Assembly: GCA_951406725.2 (NCBI GenBank)
Contig: OX597827.1
Location: forward strand, 64,418,001 to 64,482,000
Source: Octopus vulgaris
Taxonomy: Eukaryota
Direction of reading: 5' to 3'
Length of the DNA stretch: 64,000 nt
This document shows, one piece after another, positions 51,337 to 62,223 of the stretch; positions within the stretch are counted from its first letter, which is position 1, and each line of letters begins with the position of its first letter. Both the position numbers and the translations under genes were made by a program. The notes below the pieces were generated by a model. That model saw only the letters and a list, made by a program, of their open reading frames with translations, had not been told where the DNA came from and made no database searches.

Positions 51337-54300
51337 GGTTCAAATCAGTTCAAACTGGTTCAAACCAGTTCAAACCGGATCAAACTGATTTGACCCCGTC
51401 GCGTTCGGTCCGGTTTGGTCAGGTTTTGATCGGTCCAGTTCAAAGCGGTTCAAACCGAACCAAACCGGTACAAACCGAATAAAATCGGTTGAACAGGTTA
51501 AAACCGGTTCAGACCTGCTCAAACCAGTTCAAACCAGTTCAAAATGTTTGATGAAAATGTTTGATGAAAATGTTTGATGAAAATGTTTGATGAAAATGTT
51601 TGATGAAAATGTCTGATGAAAATGTTTGATGAAAATGTTTGATGAAAATGTCTGATGAAAATGTTTTATGAAAAATGTTTGATGAAAGTGTTTGAACTGG
51701 TTTGAACTGGTTTGATCCGGTTTGAACGAGTTTGAACTGGATCAAACCAGTTCAAACCAGATGAAACTGTTTTGACCACGTCGCGTTCGGTCCGGTTTGG
51801 TCCGGGTTTGATCGGTCCAGTTCAAACCGGTTCAAAGCGGACCAAACCGGTCCAAACCGAATAAAATTGTTTGAACCGGGTAAAACCGGTTCGAACCAGA
51901 TCAAACCGTTTTAAACCGGATCAAACCAAGTTCAAACCGAATCAAACCGGTTCAGCCCTGACCAAAGCAGTTCAAACCGGTTCAAACTGGTTCAAACTGG
52001 TTCAAACCGGTTCAAAAGTTATCAAACCAGTTCAAACACTTTCATCAAACATTTTTGATCAGACATTTTCATCAGAGATTTTCATCAAACATTAAACCGG
52101 TTCAAACCGGCTCAAACCGGATCAACCAGATCAAACAAGTTCAAACCTGATGAAACCAATTCAAGCCGATTCAAACTGGTTCAAACCGGTACAAATCGAA
52201 TAAAACCGGTTCAAACCGGATCAAAATGTCTGATAAAAATGTTTGATGAAAATGTTTGATGAAAATGTTTGATGAAAATGTTTGATGAAACTGTCTAATG
52301 AGAAATGTTTGATGAAAGTGTTTGATAAAAGTGTTTGAACAGGTTCGATCTGGTTTGAACCGGTTTGAACCAGTTTGAATCAGTTTGAACCGGTTTGAAC
52401 TGGTTTGATCCGGTTTGAACCGGTTTGAACTGGTTTGATCCCGCTTGAATCGGTTTGAACTAGTTTGAATTGGTTTGATCCGGTTCAAACCGGACCAAAC
52501 CGGTACAAATCAAATAAAACCGGTTCAAACCGGATGAAAATGTCTGATGAAAATGTTTGATGAAAATGTTTGATGAAAATGTTTGTTGATAAATGTTTGA
52601 TGATAAACGTTTGATGAAAATTTTTGATGAAAATGTTTGGGGAAAATGAAAGTGTTTGATGAAAATGTTTGAACTGGTTTGAACTGATTTGATCCGGTCT
52701 GAACCGGTTTGAACTTGTTTGAACCGGTTTGAACCAGTTTGGACCGGTTTGAACCAGTTTGAACCGGTTTGAACTGGTTGGACCTGGTTTGAACCGGACC
52801 AAACCGGTACAAATCGAATAAAACCGGTTCAAACCGGATGAAAATGTCTCATGAAAATGTTTGATGAAAATGTTTGATGAAAATGTTTGATGAAAATGTT
52901 TGATGAAAATGTCTGATGAAAATGTTTGATGAAAATGTCTGATGAAAATGTCTGATGAAAAATGTTTGATGAAAATGTCTAATGAAAAACGTTTGATGAA
53001 AGTGTTCGATGAAAATGTTTGATGAAAATGTCTAATGAAAAATGTTTGATGAAAGTGTTTGATGAAAGTGTTTGAACTGGTTTGAACTGGTTTGATCCGG
53101 TTTGAACCTGTTTGAACCGGTTTGAATTGGTTAGATCCGGTTTGAACTTGTTTGATGTGGTTGATCCGGTTTGAGCCGGTTTGAACCGGTTTAATGTCTG
53201 ATGAAAATGTTTGATGAAAATGTATGATGAAAAATGTTTGATGAAATTGTTTGATGAAAGTGTTTGAACTGGTTTGATTAAGTTTGAACCTGTTTGAACC
53301 AGTTTGAACCGGTTTGAACTGGTTTAATCAGGTCTGAACCAGTTTGCACCGGTTTGATCCGGTTTGAACTTGGTTTGAACCTGTTTAAAACGGTTTGATC
53401 TGGTTTGAACTGGTTTTACCCTGTTCAACCGATTTTATTCGGTTTGTACCGGTTTGGTTCGGTTTGAACCGGTTTGAACTGGATCGATCAAAACCCGACC
53501 AAACGGGACAGAACGCAACGGGTTTGATCCGGTTTGAACTGGTTTGATCCGGTTTGAACCTGTTTGATCCGGTTTGAACCGGTTTGAACCAGTTTGAACT
53601 GATTTGATCCGGTCCAAACCGGACCAAACCGGTACAAATCGAATAAAACCGGTTCAAACCGGATCAAAATGTCTGATAAAAAGGATACATATATCATCAA
53701 ATATTTTTCATCAAAATTTATCATCAAACATTTTTCATAAAACATTTTCATCAAACATTTTCATCAAACATTTATCATCAAACAGTTATCAAATATTTTT
53801 CATCAAACATTTATCATCAACATTTTCATCAAACATCTTAATCAAACATTTTCATCAAACATTTTCATCAAACATCTTAATCAAACATTTTCACCAAACA
53901 TTTTCATCAAACATTTTCACCAAATATTTCAGCAAACATTTTCATCAAACATATTCATCAAACATTTTTCATCATACATTTTCCTGAAACATTTTCATCA
54001 AACATTTACCATTAAACAATTATCATCAAACACTTTCATCAAACATTTATCATCAAATATTTTTCATCAAACATTTATCGTCATTTATCATCAAACATTT
54101 ATCATCAAACACTTTTCCTCAAACATTGTCATCAAACATTTATCATCAAAAGTTTTCATCATCAAAAGTTTTCAAACTTTTTTACATCATACATTTTCAG
54201 CAAACATCTTAATCAAACAGTTTCATCAAACATTTTCATCAAAAATTTTCATCAAACCAATTCAAACTGGTTCAAACATGTACAAATCGAATAAAACCGG

Positions 54301-55460
54301 TTCAAACCGGATCAAAATGTCTGATGAAAATGTTTGATGAAAATGTTTGATGAAAATGTTTGATGAAAATGTCTGATGAAAATGTTTGATGAAAAATGTT
54401 TGATGAAAATGTTTGATGAAAATGTCTAATGAAAAATGTTTGATGAAAGTGTTTGATGAAAGTGTTTGAACTGTTTTGATCTGGTTTGATCCGGTTTGAA
54501 CCGGTTTGAACCGTTTTGAACCAGTTTGAACCGGTTTGAACCAGTTTGAATCGGTTTGAACCAGTTTGAACCAGTTTGAACCGGTTTGAACTGGTTTGAT
54601 CCGGTTCGAACCGGTTTAAACTGGTTTGATCAGGTTTGAACCGGTTTGAAGCTGTTTGGTCCGGTTTGAACCGGATCAAACCGGTACAAATCGAATAAAA
54701 CCGGTTCAAACGGATCAAAATGTCTGATGAAAATGTTTGATGAAAATGTTTGATGAAAATGTTTGATGAAAATGTCTGATGAAAATGTTTGATTAAAATG
54801 TTTGATGAAAATGTTTGATGAAAAATGTTTGATGAAAGTGTTTGAACTGGTTTGAACTGCTTGATGAAAATGTTTGATGAAAACGTTTGATTAAGATGTT
54901 TGATGGAAATGTTTAATGAAAATGTTTGATAAAATATGTTTGATGAAAATGTTAGAGGAAAATGTTTGATTAAGATGTTTGCTGAAAACGTTTGATGGAA
55001 ATGTTTGATGAAAATGTCTGATGAAAAATGTTTGATGTAAATGTTTGATGAAAATGTTTGAAGAAAATGTTTGATGAAAAATGTTTTATGAAAATGTTTG
55101 ATGATAAATGTTTGATGATTAATGTTTGATGAAATGTTTGATGATAAATGTTTGATGATAATTGTCTGATGAAAATGTTTGTTGATAAACGTTTGATGAA
55201 AATGTCTGATGAAAATTTTTGATGACAATGTTTAATGAAAACTTTTGATGATATATGTTTGATGGCAATGTTTGAGGAAAAGTGTTTGATGATAAATGTT
55301 TGATGATAAATGACGATAAATGTCTGATTATACATGTTTGATGATAAATGTTGGATGAAAATGTTTGATTAAGATGTTTGATGAAAATGTTTCAAAAAAA
55401 TTTTTGAGTTCAAACCGGATCAAACCAGTTCAAATTGATTCAAACCGGTTTGAACTGGTT
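51337..55460. repeat. Composite satellite of alternating 10-mer and TGTTTGATGAAAA 13-mer blocks in both orientations
   Basis: Repeated 300-400-bp modules [10-mer array, linker, 13-mer array]. There is an inverted 13-mer block at about 53690-54260 and an inverted repeat pair at about 51770-52170 and 53115-53525. Confidence 0.93.
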
Positions 55461-57004
55461 CGATCAAAATTTTGACCAAAATTTGACCAAACCGGTGTGA
55501 CCAAGATTTTGACCAAAATTTTCAAAATATTTTGCAAAAAATTTTGACCAGTTTTAACCGGTTCGATCCGGTATGAACCGGTTTGAACCGGTTTGACCAA
55601 AAATTTTTACCAAACATTTTATAAAATTATTCAAAATATTTTGACCAAAAATTTTGAACAAAAATTTCAGATTTTTCAAGAATTTTATGAAATTTTTGGT
55701 CAAAATTTTTTGAAAGTTTTGGTGAAACCGGTTCAAAGCGGATCAAACTGGTTTGACCCTGTCTGGTTCGGTCAGATTTTGATCGGTCAGATTCAAACCA
55801 GATCAAACCGGTGCAAACCGGATAAAACTGGTTCAAAGCGGTTGAAACCAGTTGAAACCGGTCCAAACCGGTTCAAACCGGTTCAAACTGGATTCAACCG
55901 GATTGACCAAAAATTTTTACCAAACATTTTCAAAAAGCTCTTGACCAAAAGTTTTGAACAAACATTTCAGAATATTTTTCAAAAATTTTAACTGGTTCAA
56001 ACTGGTTTATACCAGTTCAAACCGGATCAAACCGGTTCAAACCGGATCAAATCATTTCAAACTGGTTCAAAAACTTTGCAAAAAATTTTGACCAAAGATT
56101 TTGAACAAACATTTCAGATTTTTCAAAAATGTTATGAAATTTTTGGTCAAAATTTTTTGAAAGTTTTGGTCAAACCGGTTCAAACCGTATCAAAACTGGT
56201 TTGACCCTGTCTGGTTCGGTCAGATTTTGATCGGTCAGATTTTGATCAGACCGGATCAAACCGGTGCAAACCGGATAAAACTGGTTCAGACCAAATCAAA
56301 CCGGATCAAAGCGGTTGAAACCAGTGGAAACCGGTCCAAACCGGTTCAAATCGGTTCAAACCGGTTCAAACTGGATTCAAGCGGATTGACCAAAAATTTT
56401 TACCAAACATTTTCAAAAAACCTTGCAAAAAATTTTGACCAAAAGTTTTGAACAAACATTTCAGAATATTTTTCAAAAATTTTAACCGGTTCAAACTGGT
56501 TCATACCAGTTCAAACCGGATCAAACCGGTTCAAACCGGATCAAATCATTTCAAACTGGTTCAAAAAACTTTGCAAAAAATTTTGACCAAAAATTTTGAA
56601 CAAACATTTCAGAATATTTTTCAAAAATTTTAACCGGATCAAACTGGTTCAAACCGGATCAAACCATTTCAAACTGGTTCAAAACGGTTTGAACTGGTTT
56701 GACCAAAATTTTGACCAAAATTTGACCAAACCGGTTTGGCCAAGATTTTGACCAAAATTTTCAAAATATTTTGCAAAAAATTTTGACTAGTTTTAACCGG
56801 TTCGATCCGGTTTGAACCGGTTTGACCAAAAATTTTTACCAAACATTTTAAAAACATTTTTCACACAATTTTGACCAAAAAATTTTGACCAAAAATTTGG
56901 AACCGGTTTGAACCAGTTGGAACCGGTTTGATCCGGTTTAAACCGGTTTGATGTGGTTTGAACCGGTTTTACCCGGTTCAACCGGTTTTATTCGGTTTGT
57001 ACCG
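55461..57004. repeat. A-tract repeat (TTTTGACCAAAA/AAAATTTT) interleaved with 10-mer blocks
   Basis: Recurrent ttttgaccaaaa and ttttggtcaaaa units, with direct duplications 55472/56711 and 55651/56099. Confidence 0.88.
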
Positions 57005-58325
57005 GTTTGATGAAAAATATTTGATGATACCATGTTTGATGATAAATATTTAGCTTGAGAAATGTTTGATGAAAATGTTTGTTGATAAAATGTTTGATGA
57101 TAAACGTTTGATGAAAAATGTTTGATGAAAATGTTTGGTGAAAACTTTTGATGAAAACGTTTGATGATAAATGTTTGATGATAAATGTTTGATGATAAAT
57201 ATTTGATGAGAAATGTTTGATGAAAATGTTTGATGATAAATGTTTGATGATAAATGTTTGATGAAAATGTTTGATGAAAATGTTTGATGAAAATGTTTGA
57301 TGAAAATGTTTGATGATAATGTTTGATGAAAATGTTTGATGAAAATGTTTGATGAAAATATTTGATGATAAATGTTTGATGAAAATGTTTGATGAAAATA
57401 TTTGATGAAAATGTTTGATGAAAATGTTTGATGAAAATGTTTGATGAAAATGTTTGATGAAAATGTTTGATGAAAATGTTTCATTAAGATGTTTGATGAA
57501 AATGTTTGATGGAAATGTTTGATGAAAATGTTTGATGAAAATGTTTGATGAAAATGTTTGATGAAAATGTTTGATGAAAATGTTTGATGATTATTGTTTG
57601 ATGAAAATGTTTGATGATAAATGTTTGATGATTAATGTTTTTTGATAAATGTTTGATGAAAATGTTTGATGAAAAATGTTTCATTAAAATGTTTGATGAA
57701 AATGTTTTATTAAGATGTTTGATGAAAATGTTTGATGAAAATCTTTAATTAAGATGTTTGATCAAAATGCTTGATGTAAATGTTTGATGAACATGTTTGA
57801 TGAAGATATTTGATGAAAATGTTTGATGATAAATGTTTGATGAAAATGTTTGATGATAAATGTTTGATGAAAATGTTTGATGAAAATGTTGATGATAAAT
57901 GTTTGATGAAAAATATTTGATGATAAATGTTTGATGATAAATGTTTGATGAAATGTTTGATGAAATGTTTGATGAAAATGTTTGATGAAAAATATTTGAT
58001 GATAAATGTTTGATGATAAATGTTTGATAAAAATGTTTGATGATAAATGTTTGATGATAAATGTTTGATGAAAATGTTTGATGATAAATGTTTGATGAAA
58101 ATGTTTGATGAATATGTTTGGTGAAAATGTTTAATGAAAACGTATGATGAAAAATATTTGATGAAAAATGTTTGATGAAAAGTGTTTGATGATAAATGTT
58201 TGATGATAAATGACGATAACTGTTTGATGATAAATGTTTGATGATAAATGATTGATGAAAATGTTTGATGAAAATGTTTGATATAAATGTTTGATGAAAA
58301 TGTTTGATGAAAATGTTTGATTATA
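57005..58325 (+). repeat. 13-bp satellite (TGTTTGATGAAAA)n with a 15-bp variant TGTTTGATGATAAA-type, ending the satellite domain
   Basis: Clear tandem periodicity that ends at gtttgattatacat. Confidence 0.95.
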
Positions 58326-58338
58326 CATATATGCATAT

Positions 58339-58389
<51 letters not shown>

Positions 58390-58625
58390 CATATATACAC
58401 ATATATATATATACATACATATATATATATATATATGTCTACACCACCTGTCTTCGTCTTTTGTTTTTTCGTCGTGAATTCCCCCTATATATATATGTAT
58501 ATACATATATGTGTGTATATATATATATATATATACATTTATATATATATATATATGTATATATATACATACATTTCTATATATCTATCTATGTATCTAT
58601 CTGTATATCTATATATATATATAAT
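58322..58625. repeat. Compound (TA)n/(CA)n/(TACA)n/(TATC)n microsatellite with a short non-repetitive insert at about 58437-58486
   Basis: Dinucleotide and tetranucleotide runs visible directly. Confidence 0.9.
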
Positions 58626-58870
58626 ATTAAATTAGAGATAAATCCACTATTAGGCAAATCAAACAATGAAAAACTGAAGCCAATACATAACATTAATTAA
58701 TTTATATTATTTTAAATAGATATCAAAAGTATTAAAAGTTTAATAAAAGATAATGAGTGAAACACTACGTTCGTTTTATGGCCGTCCAATTCGTAATAAT
58801 TCGAGTTATGGTTACAGTCAATCTTCAGGTTATTGAAATATTTATCTTAGCGAGGTTTAGCAATATATAT

Positions 58871-59453
58871 ATAGTGGCTTAAGGTGACCCGCGCGTAGAG
58901 CGGGTGAGTTTGTGGTCGTTACTTTCTGTTGCTTCCTTTCTGTTTCTTATCGCCACATTCTCCCTCTTTGTTTCTCTATCCTTTCTCATTTACTCACTCT
59001 CATACTCTTCCTTTCTCTCGGACTTTCCTTCGCTTTCACTTACGCTTTATCTTTCTCTATCTATCTCTCTACCATTTATAAAAAGAAAATAGATTTCTGC
59101 GTTTAAATTACAAACCCGCTTCCACTTGACCATGTTGAAAATTTGATTGAAATCGGGCAAAAGGTGTCCGATCTAGACTCCCGAGTGTTCCCCCAAATCA
59201 ATAAAATCCCAGTTTTCACACCAAAGCAACCACTCCAGCGCCACAAAACGTCTCCCAATCAAAGTGTGCGTTTTTTTGCAATAGTAACCACACCTTTTAA
59301 GATAGGGATTTCTAATCTAGCTCACTCTCATCCTCACCTTATTTTACATGTCCCTGTAAATTTTGAAGTCAATCCGACGGGATCTAGTTGCCTTTAACAC
59401 GTTCCAATGCCAAAACCAGACAAACTTTTCGCATTACAGAAATATAATATAGA
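58871..59453 (-). mobile_element. Probable non-autonomous Helitron-like element
   Basis: On the minus strand it begins A|TCTATATTATATTTCTGTAATGCGAAAAGTTTG (5' TC after A). It ends with a GC-rich hairpin ACCCGC-7nt-GCGGGT (58887-58905) followed 12 nt later by CTAT, one mismatch from the canonical CTRR. It sits within (TA)n on both sides and has no coding capacity. The family assignment rests on terminal structure only. Confidence 0.5.
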
Positions 59454-59488
59454 TATATATATATATATGAATTAGCATGAGGATCTTG

Positions 59489-59633
59489 AAGGCAATGGGT
59501 TAGTCGTTAAGGTAGGGACCTCATGATGATAATATGGTGGTCTCGATTCCTGGGCCGGACAATGCGCTGCATTCTTGAATAAAAAACTTCATTTTCTTTT
59601 CCTCAACTTCACTCACTCGGCAAGAATGAGTAA
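59489..59633 (+). mobile_element. Degenerate tRNA-derived SINE 5' portion
   Basis: A-box-like TGGGTTAGTCG (59497-59507) and B-box-like GGTCTCGATTCC (59539-59550) at tRNA-like spacing. The downstream part resembles, from memory, octopus SINE central regions. Confidence 0.5.
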
Positions 59634-59639
59634 TTCTGT

Positions 59640-59758
59640 GAAAGAGAAAAGAGAGGGTGAGAGAGAGAGAGTGAAAGAAAGATAGTGAGAGAGAGAGAAA
59701 GAGAAGAGAGAGAAAGAGGAGAAATAGAAAGAGGAGAGAGAGTGAGAAAGAGAGAAAT
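59640..59758 (+). repeat. GA-rich low-complexity tract
   Basis: Degenerate (GA)n. Confidence 0.85.
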
Positions 59759-59760
59759 AT

Positions 59761-59910
59761 ACTTCCACACAATTTCCGTCTGCCAAATTCACTCGCAAGG
59801 GATAAGCCAACGCGAAGTTGCTCAAACTTCCCAAGCTGATCAAAGTGCCGTGCACTGGAGTGAACCCCAGACCACGTGGTGATTAAGGGAGCTCCTGAAG
59901 CATACAGCCA
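59761..59910 (-). mobile_element. Degenerate 5' portion of the same SINE superfamily as 60631-61032
   Basis: tttccgtctgccaaattcactcgcaagg...gaaccccagaccacgtggt...catacagcca aligns by eye with tttccgtctaccaaatccacccacaagg...gaacacagaaccatgtggt...cacacagcca at 60886-61021. Confidence 0.7.
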
Positions 59911-60099
59911 AAACTAACAGTATTTCCACAAGGCCTTAGATTTTCTCTGGTATTTCAGATGGCGCACTCTATCCGATCTTTTTACTCTTTCATTTTTCTC
60001 TCTTTCTCTCTCTTATTTTTTTACCTCCTCTTCTCCCACTATTCTATCCTATATTTCTGTCACTCTCTCTCTCACTCCTCCTTCCTTGCTCACGCGGCT

Positions 60100-60505
60100 C
60101 CCACATGGCCATCGGCCATCTTTCTTTCTTCTCCTAACTTGTCTTTCTTTCTTTCTCTCTGTTGTAGCTGGAACAAGGATGACGTGTTCTTGTTTGTCTC
60201 CTGGCCAAGCTTGGTTTACGCGGTCGCCACCATAACCTCGTTTAGGCTTAGCAGCTCTTCCTGTTTGTTTTCACTGTTCTGTTTGTGTTACCAATTCTGA
60301 CCCTCCGCAAAATCCCAAATTTTCTTTAATTTGCTTTACGGGAGCAACTGGTATATCGAAAGCGTACATTGCTGTTAAATGCTCCAAATACGAGTGTAGA
60401 AAAAACAGCCAACAACTGATGAAGGATCGTTCTTTATGTTGTTTGTCGTGTTTTCCATTTGTGTCTTTCGATGTTCGAAAAAATAGTACATATTCCATGC
60501 CCACA
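60100..60505. mobile_element. Probable interspersed-repeat remnant of unknown class (possibly Penelope-like terminal repeat)
   Basis: Non-tandem, T-rich sequence ending in (TA)n. It resembles an abundant octopus repeat I recall, but there is no ORF or diagnostic terminus, so the call is weak. Confidence 0.3.
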
Positions 60506-60506
60506 T

Positions 60507-60568
<62 letters not shown>

Positions 60569-60593
60569 GTATAGATGTAAGTATGTACAAATA

Positions 60594-60630
<37 letters not shown>
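60505..60630. repeat. (TA)n microsatellites
   Basis: Two long TA runs. Confidence 0.95.
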
Positions 60631-60633
<3 letters not shown>

Positions 60634-61032
60634 CTATTTTACTTGTTTCAGTCATTTGACTGCGGCCATGCTGGAGCACCGCTTTTAGTCGAGCAAATCG
60701 ACCCCAGGATTTATTCTTTGTAAGCCCAGTACTTATTCTATCGGTTTCTTTTGCCGAACTGCTAAGTTCCGTGGACGTAAACACACCACCATCGGTTGTC
60801 AAGCAACGTGTGAGGGGGCAAACAGACACACAAGCATATATACACACAAACATATACATACATATATACGACGGGCTTCTTTCAGTTTCCGTCTACCAAA
60901 TCCACCCACAAGGCTTTGGTCGGCCCGAGGCTATAGTAGAAGACACTTGCCCAAGGTGTCACGCAGTGCGACTGAACACAGAACCATGTGGTTCGTAAGC
61001 AAGTTACTTACCACACAGCCACTCCTGCCCCT
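60631..61032 (-). mobile_element. Near full-length tRNA-derived SINE of the octopus OK/OR type
   Basis: The minus strand starts aggggcaggagTGGCTGTGTGG (A box, 61011-61021), has a B-box-like GTTCAGTCG (about 60969-60977), then a CORE-like accttgggcaagtg, an internal TA/TG microsatellite, and a 3' end ...tgactgaaacaagtaaaatagtaa. The family name comes from recognition, not a database search. Confidence 0.85.
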
Positions 61033-61576
61033 ATTATTATATTATATATGTATACATATATATATGAGATTCATTTGACGGTCAAAAAGCATAGCTGTTG
61101 TCGAAATAGCTTAGCATCAATGTGATTTTAAGTATAGGATGCGTTAAGTTTTTATCCAGTTGGTTCTCTTACCATTCTATATAGAGAAAAATAAATTTTT
61201 CGTAGGCTTTATGATAGCTTCAGAATACACGTGAAATCTAATTGGAAAGCCTAAGTCAGATGCTTCAAACTTAGGCATTTTTGGATATCTCACACATTTG
61301 ATAGTGCTGTCTGCAAACGTTGGTGATACGAGCATCAACCGTAATCAGTAAAACTAAAGCAGACGTGAAGTGAATAAGGATTCATATAATCCAGTTTGAA
61401 CAACATAGAGTCGTTTAGAAATAGGGGTTTTAATATGTACTTATATCTTATAAAACTGCTCGTTACGTGGCTAAACTGAGAGGGATTGACAAAATTATAG
61501 AGGAAAATATTCAAACTCACATTTTATTGACCAGATATCTACGCGTGAGCGCTTGTTACTGACAGTGCTGTATGGA

Positions 61577-61791
61577 TACACACACACGCACACACACACA
61601 CACACACAACTATAAATACACACTCACAACTATAAACACACACACATGTATGATATATATATGCATTTACGTGTATATGTGTGTATGCGTACATGTATCC
61701 ATACACACGTATACCTTTGGATGTATATCGATGTGGATATAGATATGTATGTATATCTTTGTATGTATATATGTATGTGTGTGTGTACGTA

Positions 61792-61832
<41 letters not shown>

Positions 61833-61854
61833 TCTATATGTAATGCATGTGTGT

Positions 61855-61903
<49 letters not shown>

Positions 61904-62016
61904 CGTGTATATATATATACTGTGTGTATATATATATATATATGTCTGTATATATATATATATATCTAGTATATACGTACATTTAAAAATATATGCATTT
62001 ATGACTATATATGCAC

Positions 62017-62061
<45 letters not shown>

Positions 62062-62127
62062 AATATACATATATACGTATACATACACCCACACGTTCAC
62101 ACACATACACATACAAGCCCGTGCATT

Positions 62128-62223
<96 letters not shown>
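61577..62223. repeat. Compound (CA)n/(TA)n/(TG)n tract ending in (TATC)n at 62129-62223
   Basis: Simple repeats visible directly. Confidence 0.92.

Noticed and set aside
9296-51482. Long Pro/Ser-rich ORFs (up to 1435 aa) as mucin- or extensin-like genes
   Set aside because: Equivalent ORFs occur in all three frames, the monomer length is not a multiple of 3, and indels and stops are scattered without frame preservation.
1-58325. Canonical telomere array
   Set aside because: No (TTAGGG)n or (CCCTAA)n tract is seen anywhere in the window.
51539-58420. QTGSNRFKPV and FSSNIFIKHFHQT repeat ORFs
   Set aside because: They are translations of the 10-bp and 13-bp satellites and appear on both strands and in multiple frames.
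60410-60485. Hammerhead ribozyme (CTGATGA ... CGAAA)
   Set aside because: CTGATGA at 60416 is not followed by a closed stem II and an adjacent GAAA, and I could not build stems I and III. An Infernal search against hammerhead models would settle it.
60960-61032. tRNA gene
   Set aside because: It has A/B boxes but no intact cloverleaf, and it continues into SINE body and tail sequence.
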